A stretch of DNA of 64,000 nt from Candidatus Omnitrophota bacterium (lineage in GTDB: Bacteria; Omnitrophota; Gorgyraeia; JAHJTE01), in the NCBI GenBank assembly GCA_018830005.1, contig JAHJTE010000001.1, positions 65,332-129,331 on the forward strand, read 5' to 3'. The position numbers and the translations under genes were made by a program. Positions within the stretch are counted from its first letter, which is position 1, and the number at the start of each line of letters is the position of its first letter. This document shows positions 55,934 through 64,000 of this stretch, one piece after another. The notes under the pieces are model-generated. The model was not told the DNA's origin. It saw only the letters and a program-made list of their open reading frames with translations, and searched no databases.

Positions 55934-58787
55934 ATTATTCAAGACGTCTAATGAGCGTGAGCTTAATACATTATGGCCGATCGCCAGCCAGGTAAACGCA
56001 AAAGAATCTTTTTATCAAAGGCTTTCGGATAAGGAACTGGCTGCTAAGACAGATGAGTTTCGGCCTCAAATAAAGGAAAGATATAAATCAGTCTCTTCTG
56101 GAATTGTAGATCTGCAGGCAAGGATTGCTACTGCCACCTCCTCTGAAGAAAAGGACAAACTAAGGCTAAGGCTAAAGGATTTAAATAATAGTGTATTTAG
56201 CGAGCATCTCGCAGATAGCTTTGCTGTTGTCAGGGAGGCAGCTCGTCGCGCGATTGGGATGAGACATTTTGATGTTCAGATCTTAGGAGGCATTGTTTTG
56301 CATCAGGGAAAGATTGCGGAGATGGTAACAGGAGAGGGCAAGACTTTAGTGGCAACACTGGCTGCTTATCTGAATGCCTTAGCAGGCAGGGGTGTACACA
56401 TTGTTACTGTTAATGATTATCTTGCGCGTCGTGATCGTGACTGGATGGGGCCAGTCTTTGAATTTTTAGGACTTTCTGTCGGCGTTATCCAGCATGATAT
56501 GAGCCCGCAACAGCGTCGCATAGCTTATTCATGCGATATTACTTATGGCACTAATAATGAATTCGGCTTTGATTATCTGCGGGATAATATGGTTATTGAT
56601 AAGCAGGATATGGTTCAGCGGCCATTCTGTTTTGCCATTCTTGATGAAGTAGATTCTATCCTCGTTGATGAGGCCAGGACGCCTTTAATCATATCTGGTC
56701 CAGCAGAGGAATCAACAGAAAAATATTATCAAATAGATAGAATCGTCCCTAAATTGAAGGGAAGAATAATTACGCAAAAAGACGAACTTGATGCAAAATT
56801 TAAAGGAACAGATTTAAATGAGGGGTTTGATTATATTGTTGATGAAAAATTACATACAGCGGCCTTAACCGAAGAAGGAGTAGCAAAAAGCGAAAAATTA
56901 TTAGGCGTTAAAAACCTTTATGATGATATAGCAGGCATGTGGGTGCACCATATAACTTGCGCCTTGAAAGCGCACAATTTGTTTAAGCGCGATGTGCATT
57001 ATGTACTTAAAGAAGGCAAGGTTATAATTGTTGATGAATTTACAGGAAGGCTTATGCCTGGTAGGCGTTGGTCTGATGGTCTGCATCAGGCAGTAGAGGC
57101 AAAAGAAGATGTAAAAATCGAAAGGGAGAACCAAACCTTAGCCACCATTACATTCCAAAACTACTTCCGGATGTATGAGAAGTTAGCAGGTATGACAGGT
57201 ACGGCCATGACAGAGGCGCAGGAGTTTAAACATATTTATGGTCTGGATGTTGTCTCTGTGCCGACTAATCAACCCCTGATTCGCGAAAGCTTACCAGATG
57301 CAGTTTTCAAAAGCCAGGAAGAAAAATTTAATGCTGTTGTCGAAGAGATAACCAATCTTTATAATCTGGGGCGGCCGGTTTTGGTGGGTACCATCTCTAT
57401 AGAAAGAAGCGAGGCCTTATCTGATATGCTCAAAAAGTGTGGAGTCCAACATCAGGTGCTTAATGCTAAATATCATGAATTTGAAGCGCAGATTATTGCC
57501 CAGGCCGGTAGATTAAAGACAATTACAATTGCCACAAATATGGCTGGTCGCGGCACGGATATAATCCTGGGAGGAAATCCTGAATATATTGCCAAGGCAA
57601 TGACAAATGAAAAAAATATCGAGGATAGAGAGTTCTTTTTAAAGGAATATGAAAGGCTTCTAGAAGAATTTAAGAAAAAAACAGATGCTGAACATGAAAA
57701 GGTAGTTGCCTTAGGGGGCTTACATGTTATCGGCACAGAGCGTCACGAGGCAAGAAGAATTGATAATCAGCTGCGTGGTAGAAGCGGCAGACAAGGAGAT
57801 CCTGGTTCGAGTAGATTTTATGTATCATTCGAAGATGACCTGATGCGGCTATTCGGATCTGACCGCATGATTAATGTAATGAATACGCTGGGGTTGGAAA
57901 AGGGTCAGGCGATTGAACATCCTTGGGTTAGTAAGTCTATTGAGGTAGCCCAAAAGAGAGTAGAAAATCATAACTTTGAGATTCGTAAACAGATTTTAGA
58001 ATATGATAATGCAATGAACAGACAGCGCGAGGTTATATATCAGCAACGCAGAATGGTTTTAGAAGGCGAAAGTCTAAGAGAAGAATATTTCTCAATGATT
58101 GATGCTAATTTAGAAAGCGGTCTTTCTCTTTATCTGAATAGCGCAAGTCCGGGAGAAGTTGATTTAGGAGGTTGTCAAAACTGGTTAAAAACTAAATTTG
58201 GATTAAGACTAGAATTAGATGAGTCTAAGATTCTATCGGAATCGCAAGATTCTTTACGCGAGGATTTATTTAAACGTGTAGTGAAACTTTACCAGGAGAA
58301 AGAAAACAATCTAGGGCAAGAGATGATGTGTTATCTAGAGAGGATGATACTACTGCAGATCATAGATGCTAAGTGGAAAGACCATCTTCTGAATATGGAT
58401 GCGCTTAAAGAGGGTATAGGACTGCGTGCTTACGGCCAGCGTGATCCCTTGATTGAATATCAACGTGAGGCGTTTAATATGTTCCAGGAGATGATCGAGC
58501 AGATAAAACAGGAGGCAGTAGAGTTTATTTTGAAGGTTCAGGCGCCGACACAACAGAGGGTGCGCGGGGTATTTAGCTCTTTGCCTCAGGAATTAATTCA
58601 TGAACAGAGATCGTCTTTGAATGCTGACCCAGCAGGGGTTTCTCCAGTTAAGCAGGATTTAACTCAAGCCAAGCCACAGCCTAAGATTACAGATAAGAAG
58701 GTTGGTCGTAATGATCCTTGTCCCTGTGGCGCAATTGATCCGGCTACTAATAAGCCAATTAAATATAAGAAATGCCATGGTAAATGA
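55914..58787 (+). CDS. secA: Preprotein translocase ATPase
   Basis: [34 protein letters not shown] motif. Confidence 0.97.
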   Translation: MMGILSKLFKTSNERELNTLWPIASQVNAKESFYQRLSDKELAAKTDEFRPQIKERYKSVSSGIVDLQARIATATSSEEKDKLRLRLKDLNNSVFSEHLADSFAVVREAARRAIGMRHFDVQILGGIVLHQGKIAEMVTGEGKTLVATLAAYLNALAGRGVHIVTVNDYLARRDRDWMGPVFEFLGLSVGVIQHDMSPQQRRIAYSCDITYGTNNEFGFDYLRDNMVIDKQDMVQRPFCFAILDEVDSILVDEARTPLIISGPAEESTEKYYQIDRIVPKLKGRIITQKDELDAKFKGTDLNEGFDYIVDEKLHTAALTEEGVAKSEKLLGVKNLYDDIAGMWVHHITCALKAHNLFKRDVHYVLKEGKVIIVDEFTGRLMPGRRWSDGLHQAVEAKEDVKIERENQTLATITFQNYFRMYEKLAGMTGTAMTEAQEFKHIYGLDVVSVPTNQPLIRESLPDAVFKSQEEKFNAVVEEITNLYNLGRPVLVGTISIERSEALSDMLKKCGVQHQVLNAKYHEFEAQIIAQAGRLKTITIATNMAGRGTDIILGGNPEYIAKAMTNEKNIEDREFFLKEYERLLEEFKKKTDAEHEKVVALGGLHVIGTERHEARRIDNQLRGRSGRQGDPGSSRFYVSFEDDLMRLFGSDRMINVMNTLGLEKGQAIEHPWVSKSIEVAQKRVENHNFEIRKQILEYDNAMNRQREVIYQQRRMVLEGESLREEYFSMIDANLESGLSLYLNSASPGEVDLGGCQNWLKTKFGLRLELDESKILSESQDSLREDLFKRVVKLYQEKENNLGQEMMCYLERMILLQIIDAKWKDHLLNMDALKEGIGLRAYGQRDPLIEYQREAFNMFQEMIEQIKQEAVEFILKVQAPTQQRVRGVFSSLPQELIHEQRSSLNADPAGVSPVKQDLTQAKPQPKITDKKVGRNDPCPCGAIDPATNKPIKYKKCHGK

Positions 58788-60322
58788 ACCCTCCAGAGAC
58801 TAAAAATTCCGAATTTTCCTCTTTTTTACTAAGCGTTGCCTCCGGTTTTCTTCTTGTTTTTTCTTTCCCGCCTTTTAATCTGAGTCTGTTTTCTTGGATT
58901 GCTTTTATTCCTTTGCTTTGTGTTATCAATAGAGTTTCGGCTAGAGGAGCCTTTTTATATAGTTATCTTGCTGCAGGAATATTTTTTTATTTTAGCCTAT
59001 TTTGGTTGACTAAAGTTACTATTGTAGGCTGGTTAGTCCTTGGTCTATACCTAAGTTTATATCCTGCCTTTTTTGGATTGTTAACCTCCTTTTGTTTAAA
59101 GTCGTTTATAAATGAAAATCGCAAGCTGTATTTATTGTTTATCTTACCTTGTATCTGGGTCGGGTTTGAATTCGTTCGCTCACATCTTTTAACTGGATTT
59201 GGATGGAACTCTCTGGGGTATTCTCAATTTAGAAATCTTGCCTTGATTCAGATAGCGGATTCTTCTGGTGTATATGGCGTATCCTTTGTAGTCATGTTCG
59301 CCAATTGTATTTTCTGGATGGTTACAGAGGAAGTTATAGCGCGCAAACAAGGTATTTACAAGAAGATCATAGGTTTATTACTCTCTCTTGCTTTTGTCTT
59401 GGTTAGTGTTTTAGGTTATGGTCTACTACGTTTGGCTGAGAATTTTAGTAAAAAACAAGATATCTTGCGCGTATCTATAGTCCAGCCTAACATATCTCAA
59501 AACCTAAAATGGAATCCATACGCAAAAGATTATATCTTAGAAGAGATCATTGACCTTAGTATAGAGGCAGCCAAAGATGCTCCAGATATGATTATATGGC
59601 CGGAAAGCGCTCTCCCTATATATTTCGAATTGGACTCAGGGATTTTTGATGTGGTATCTGGATTAGCCAAGGATTTAAATACACACCTGTTAACAGGGGC
59701 TGTAAGGGTTGAGCAAGATGAATTCTATAATAGTGCTATATTGATTTCACCGCAGGGAAGCTTATTGACTTTATATGATAAATTACATCTTGTCCCCTAT
59801 GGTGAATTCATACCTTTTCGGAGATTAACTCCATTTTTGGCCTCAATAGTAGGGATTGGAGATTTTAGCTGGGGAAAATCCTACACTATATTTAATTTAA
59901 AAGATATAAGATTTGCTGTTCTCATATGTTTTGAAGATGCCTTTAGTAATTTATCTAGACAATTCTTAAAGGAGGGCGCATCTATCCTAGTGAATATCAC
60001 AAATGATGCCTGGTTTGATAGACAGGCCGAACCCCAGCAGCATCTTTCACAAAGTGTATTTAGGGCTGTTGAAAATCGCGTAAGCATTGTGCGTTGCGCT
60101 AATACAGGTATATCAGGATTAATCAATGCTAAAGGCAAGATGGAAAAATTTGTTAGCGAAGAGACATTTGTTAGGGGCTTTAAGACATTTCCTGTGGCTG
60201 TCAAATTAGATTACCAGACATATTATAATCGCCATGGTGATTTATTCGTATTAATCTGTATTATTCTAGCCATGCTTGCAATTACAAAGAGCATCTATAC
60301 GAAAATAAAGGCAAAGGCATGA
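58784..60322 (+). CDS. lnt: Apolipoprotein N-acyltransferase
   Basis: WPES, K.HLVPYGE, LICFE, NDAWF, RAVE. Confidence 0.94.
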   Translation: MNPPETKNSEFSSFLLSVASGFLLVFSFPPFNLSLFSWIAFIPLLCVINRVSARGAFLYSYLAAGIFFYFSLFWLTKVTIVGWLVLGLYLSLYPAFFGLLTSFCLKSFINENRKLYLLFILPCIWVGFEFVRSHLLTGFGWNSLGYSQFRNLALIQIADSSGVYGVSFVVMFANCIFWMVTEEVIARKQGIYKKIIGLLLSLAFVLVSVLGYGLLRLAENFSKKQDILRVSIVQPNISQNLKWNPYAKDYILEEIIDLSIEAAKDAPDMIIWPESALPIYFELDSGIFDVVSGLAKDLNTHLLTGAVRVEQDEFYNSAILISPQGSLLTLYDKLHLVPYGEFIPFRRLTPFLASIVGIGDFSWGKSYTIFNLKDIRFAVLICFEDAFSNLSRQFLKEGASILVNITNDAWFDRQAEPQQHLSQSVFRAVENRVSIVRCANTGISGLINAKGKMEKFVSEETFVRGFKTFPVAVKLDYQTYYNRHGDLFVLICIILAMLAITKSIYTKIKAKA

Positions 60323-61860
60323 TTTCTAGACGAGATAGAAGCTTTGATGTTTATTCTTATTGCATAATTGCCTTATTTGTTATTATTCTTATCTTGCGTT
60401 GGAAATGGATGCCAACTTTTATAGATATATATTATCATCTTCTGACAGTGCTTAACTTTTACCGTTGCGGAGGAATACCTTCTATTTCTTTCTGGGAGTA
60501 TGCACCTTACGGTAGACCGCATTTATATCCACCCCTTTTGCACATCCTGATGCTCATTGTGTTCAAACTGAATGGCAATATTCTAACTACAGCTCGAATA
60601 TTTGAATTATTAATCTTTCCTTTCATGCTCTGCACTATTTTCCTAACCATAAAGACTGTTTTCGGCTGCCGTTTGGCGTTTTGGTCTGTTTTAATAGCAT
60701 CTTCCATGTATTCGTTTTATCTCTCGAGTGTTGATTTTCTTCCTGCAAGTCTAGCCTTTTGTCTGGGATTGTTAGTTTTTTATAGTCTTGAGCGAAACAG
60801 GATTATTGCCGCAATTATTTTTATGGCGCTTGCCTTCTACAGCCATGTCAGCATTTCCTTCTTTTTCTTTTTAGCCTTGATTATCTATGGACTAACTTTT
60901 AGAGAACGATTGTTGAATATTGTAAAGATCACCTCGGCCTCGTTATTTTTATATCTGCCTTTATTAATCCATCAGCTGCGTTATCTTAGCTTTTTTGACC
61001 CGCACAAGACAAGAGAGAATTTTCCATTTGAACTGAATATCAGCGTATATCTTTTAGCCATTATCGGAATATTCTTAGCAATCAGGCAAAAGAAAAAGTT
61101 TCTTTTTTTCATTGCTCTTGTTTTTGCCGGAATAGTCTTTTTGCCTCTGCGCTATCGAATCTTTAGTGGCCAGGGAATGATAGGCATAATTTTACTTGCG
61201 GCATTAAGTTTAGAATTTTTCTACGATAAATTAATTAATAAATTCCCTAAATCCTCGCCTGTTTTTAGAAGTCTTGCCTATATATCTTTAGTTTTTTTTG
61301 CTATATTTTTAATTTCTCCTACAATTTCAATTCATGAATCAGACGTTAAATTCAATCTCATAGGTTCAACTTATATAAATATTATCCCTTCTCAAGAAGT
61401 CAGAGAGCGCACAAACGAGATATCCATATACCTGCCTAAAACCTTCTCTCCTGTTATTGATGTGGTCGAGGACCAGACAAATCAGGATGAATTAATTGCT
61501 TCAAATTTTGAGTATCTGGCAGGCTTTATTTCTGTTTTTAGCCAGAGAGCGACAACAAGTGCGATGTTGCCGGAGATAATGCCATTTAGGGATATCAATC
61601 CTTTTAAACATGCTAAATTGATAATTTGGCTTAAGGATCCAGACAGGCTAACCATAGAGCCTGAAAGGTTAATAGAAGGATTAGATCTGGTTAAAGTAGC
61701 CGAGACTGAAATTTTCTTTATATATAAGAATCCGCAGGCAAATTTTAAACAAAAGGATTCCCAGCGTAGCATTGCCTACGGCGTCTGCATTGTGCTTTTA
61801 ATTGCCTCGTTGGCAATTGCTATATTTGATTTATGCCGCAGGACTGAACTTAAGGCTTGA
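60319..61860 (+). CDS. Polytopic membrane protein, possible GT-C glycosyltransferase
   Basis: DIYYH...W.Y.P.G....YPPLLH in the first loop; ~12 TM. Confidence 0.55.
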   Translation: MISRRDRSFDVYSYCIIALFVIILILRWKWMPTFIDIYYHLLTVLNFYRCGGIPSISFWEYAPYGRPHLYPPLLHILMLIVFKLNGNILTTARIFELLIFPFMLCTIFLTIKTVFGCRLAFWSVLIASSMYSFYLSSVDFLPASLAFCLGLLVFYSLERNRIIAAIIFMALAFYSHVSISFFFFLALIIYGLTFRERLLNIVKITSASLFLYLPLLIHQLRYLSFFDPHKTRENFPFELNISVYLLAIIGIFLAIRQKKKFLFFIALVFAGIVFLPLRYRIFSGQGMIGIILLAALSLEFFYDKLINKFPKSSPVFRSLAYISLVFFAIFLISPTISIHESDVKFNLIGSTYINIIPSQEVRERTNEISIYLPKTFSPVIDVVEDQTNQDELIASNFEYLAGFISVFSQRATTSAMLPEIMPFRDINPFKHAKLIIWLKDPDRLTIEPERLIEGLDLVKVAETEIFFIYKNPQANFKQKDSQRSIAYGVCIVLLIASLAIAIFDLCRRTELKA

Positions 61861-61886
61861 AAATTACAATTTTACTATGTTATAAT
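61857..61886 (+). promoter_or_regulatory. sigma70 promoter
   Basis: TTGAAA, 18 bp, TATAAT with TG extension. Confidence 0.6.
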
Positions 61887-61896
61887 CGCAGATAAC

Positions 61897-62826
61897 GTGG
61901 CTAAAAAAAGATTTAAGAGATTTTGGAGGCGCTTGGTAAGCATTTCAGCTTTGTATTTCTCTCTCTTCCTTGTTAAATTACTGCCTTTAGATTCTATCTA
62001 TAGAATTTCTAAATTTTTGGCTAAGATTGTCTATCTGGTGGCAGGAAGGCATCGCTGCGTTGCAGAGGAAGGGCTTAAGATAGCTTTTGGCGATACGATT
62101 GGTTCAAAGCAGATAAAGACTATTATCTTGGGTTGTTTCGAGGAATCTATAAAAGGCGCACTGGAGACATTGGTTTGTTGTCAATGCCCAGCTAAGATAA
62201 AAGAACAAATCTCAATAAAAGGTAGCGAGTATTTAGAGCAGGCCTTAACGCGCGGTAAGGGCGCAATATGCGTCAGTGCTCATTTTGGGAATTTTCCTCT
62301 TCTAATGGTCCGTTTACAATTCGCTGGTTTTCCTTGCGCAATAATATTACGTCCCATGCGCGATGAGAATATCGATAGGTTCTTATTAAAGAAAATTAAA
62401 TTCTTTGGCCTGGAGAGTATTTACACTAAACCCGCTAAGGCCTGTGTAGATAAAGCATTATCATTTTTGAAAAAGAATGGAATATTCTCTCTTCAACTTG
62501 ACCAGAATTTTGGTTCAGGCAGAGGCGTGTTTGTGGATTTCTTTGGTAAACAGGCAGCTACGGCTACGGGGCCGGTGGTCATGGCCTTACGTTCAAAAGC
62601 GGCCATAATGCCAGTCTTTATTATTAGAAAAGAGGATAATACTCAGGAGATTATTATTGAACCAGAGTTTGTGATAGAGAAGAAAGAAAACTTCGATGAG
62701 ACAGTAAAAGTAAATATTGCCAAACTTACTAAGATTATTGAAAATTATATTAGGAGATATCCTGCTCAATGGAGCTGGATTCATCGCCGCTGGAAGAGCA
62801 GGCCAGCAAGTGGAGAAGGGCATTAA
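61897..62826 (+). CDS. Lipid A/lysophospholipid acyltransferase (LpxL/HtrB-like)
   Basis: SAHFGNF, LDQ, V.FFG, P.QW.W.HRRWK. Confidence 0.88.
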   Translation: MAKKRFKRFWRRLVSISALYFSLFLVKLLPLDSIYRISKFLAKIVYLVAGRHRCVAEEGLKIAFGDTIGSKQIKTIILGCFEESIKGALETLVCCQCPAKIKEQISIKGSEYLEQALTRGKGAICVSAHFGNFPLLMVRLQFAGFPCAIILRPMRDENIDRFLLKKIKFFGLESIYTKPAKACVDKALSFLKKNGIFSLQLDQNFGSGRGVFVDFFGKQAATATGPVVMALRSKAAIMPVFIIRKEDNTQEIIIEPEFVIEKKENFDETVKVNIAKLTKIIENYIRRYPAQWSWIHRRWKSRPASGEGH

Positions 62827-62840
62827 ATAGGAGGTTAGCC

Positions 62841-63029
62841 ATGGCAGAAGATATCAACAGGAAGGGATTCAATACAGCATTAAAAGTTATTTTAGGTATG
62901 GCCCTGGTTATTATTGGCGTAATATCTATAGTAATCTTTTGGCCTAGTGTTGTTGAAATTATAAAGGCCTGTCTTGGATTTGTTCTCCTTTTAGCCGGTG
63001 CGATTATGCTAGCAATAGCCAAGGATTAA
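62841..63029 (+). CDS. Small two-TM membrane protein
   Basis: SD AGGAGGT before ATG 62841; two hydrophobic helices. Confidence 0.65.
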   Translation: MAEDINRKGFNTALKVILGMALVIIGVISIVIFWPSVVEIIKACLGFVLLLAGAIMLAIAKD

Positions 63030-63042
63030 TTAGCACTAAGTT

Positions 63043-64000
63043 ATGAAAAAACGTTATAAATTTACAGCCTTAATATTTTTGAGTCTTTTAGTCTATATTG
63101 TTGCCGGAAGGTTAGGATTTAATTTCCAACAAGCACTCTCCTTAGCTGTCTTTTCCCTTTCAATATGTGGAACGCTCCTGTTTTGGCAATTCCGCTTGAG
63201 TTTCTCATTTTTAGGCGTCTCACTTCTACTTTTGACCAATACTATTAATCTTGAGAATTTGATACGCTTTGCCTCTTTAGAGATTATTCTCTTTTTAGTG
63301 GGGATGATGATTATAGTCGGCATGCTTAAGGATAGTGGTTTCTTTTCCTGGATAGTGCAGCTCATATTACGCATACCAAATTTAACTGCTAAGAAATTTT
63401 TAATTGTTACGGCTCTTATTTCGGCCGCACTTACAATGATGATTGACGAGGTCTCGGCGATTATTTTTGTGGTTGCTGCAATATTAGAGATCTGCGATTA
63501 TTTTGAGGTAAAACCACTTCCATTTATTATTATTGCAGTAATTAGTGCGAATGTTGGCAGCGCCGGCACTGTTTTGGGTAATCCGATAGGAATCATCATT
63601 GCTTCGAAAAGTGGGCTTACATTTGAAGATTTTATGATTAAGGCCTTTCCGTTAATGCTAATAGCTTTATTCTTTACCATTTTGCTTTTAATGTTTTGGT
63701 ACAGAAAGGCATTGGATCAGTTTAACAAAAATATAAAAATTTTCGGAAAAAATGAGATGCTCCTACATCTTATTTCTGTACCGCCGGACAGGCAGTTAAA
63801 GATTGGACTATTTACCTTTGGGATGACGATTCTCTTTATTGCCTTGCATCATCGTTTGGAGGTATTCTTTAATTTAGAAGCTAATACCATGCTTTTAATT
63901 ATGCCATTGATTTTTGCTGCTATTGTTATGATTTGGAAGTCATCTAAGGCGCGTGAATATGTTGAAAAAGATGTGGAGTGGTGGACGTTACTTTTCTTTA
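63043..64000 (+). CDS. ArsB/NhaD/SLC13 (ion transporter superfamily) permease, 3'-partial; absent from ORF track
   Basis: MKKRYKF..., FLVGMMI.V..L..SGFF, IDEVS, ANVGSAGT.LGNP; frame open to the window end. Confidence 0.85.
   Translation, partial: MKKRYKFTALIFLSLLVYIVAGRLGFNFQQALSLAVFSLSICGTLLFWQFRLSFSFLGVSLLLLTNTINLENLIRFASLEIILFLVGMMIIVGMLKDSGFFSWIVQLILRIPNLTAKKFLIVTALISAALTMMIDEVSAIIFVVAAILEICDYFEVKPLPFIIIAVISANVGSAGTVLGNPIGIIIASKSGLTFEDFMIKAFPLMLIALFFTILLLMFWYRKALDQFNKNIKIFGKNEMLLHLISVPPDRQLKIGLFTFGMTILFIALHHRLEVFFNLEANTMLLIMPLIFAAIVMIWKSSKAREYVEKDVEWWTLLFF

Noticed and set aside
143-63680. Many 60-180 aa ORFs in the track that are antisense or out of frame to recognised genes (e.g. 143-559, 1127-1606, 41733-42269, 63093-63374)
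   Set aside because: Shadow ORFs of well-supported genes, with no motifs or ribosome-binding sites

Overview
Core-chromosome segment of a low-GC, diderm (outer-membrane) bacterium. Gene content and style suggest a PVC-related lineage such as Ca. Omnitrophota; this is an inference, not a search result. There are about 60 protein genes, nearly all on the + strand, and four tRNA genes (Val-TAC, Asp-GTC, Leu-CAA, Ala-GGC). Housekeeping genes include V-type ATPase I/K, mlaEFD, purH-folC-mnmE-folE, accA, leuS, comEA/comEC, glgC, bamD/lptE/holA, rpsT, murJ, uvrC, prfB (programmed +1 frameshift), secA and lnt. I saw no CRISPR array, integrase, transposase or rRNA gene. The strongest leads are: (1) a secreted M1 aminopeptidase fused to an Omp85-type barrel; (2) a self-contained ATP-grasp ligase + lysine 2,3-aminomutase operon behind a promoter and a leader terminator; (3) two paralogous minor-pilin triads, each next to a tRNA 3' end, plus a PilT-family ATPase with degenerate catalytic motifs; (4) a block with archaeal-type genes (small Trp-rich protein, solo Cas4/AddB-like nuclease, PAC2, YunC); (5) a near-consensus antisense promoter and short ORF reading into tRNA-Ala. 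All product calls come from motif recognition only.
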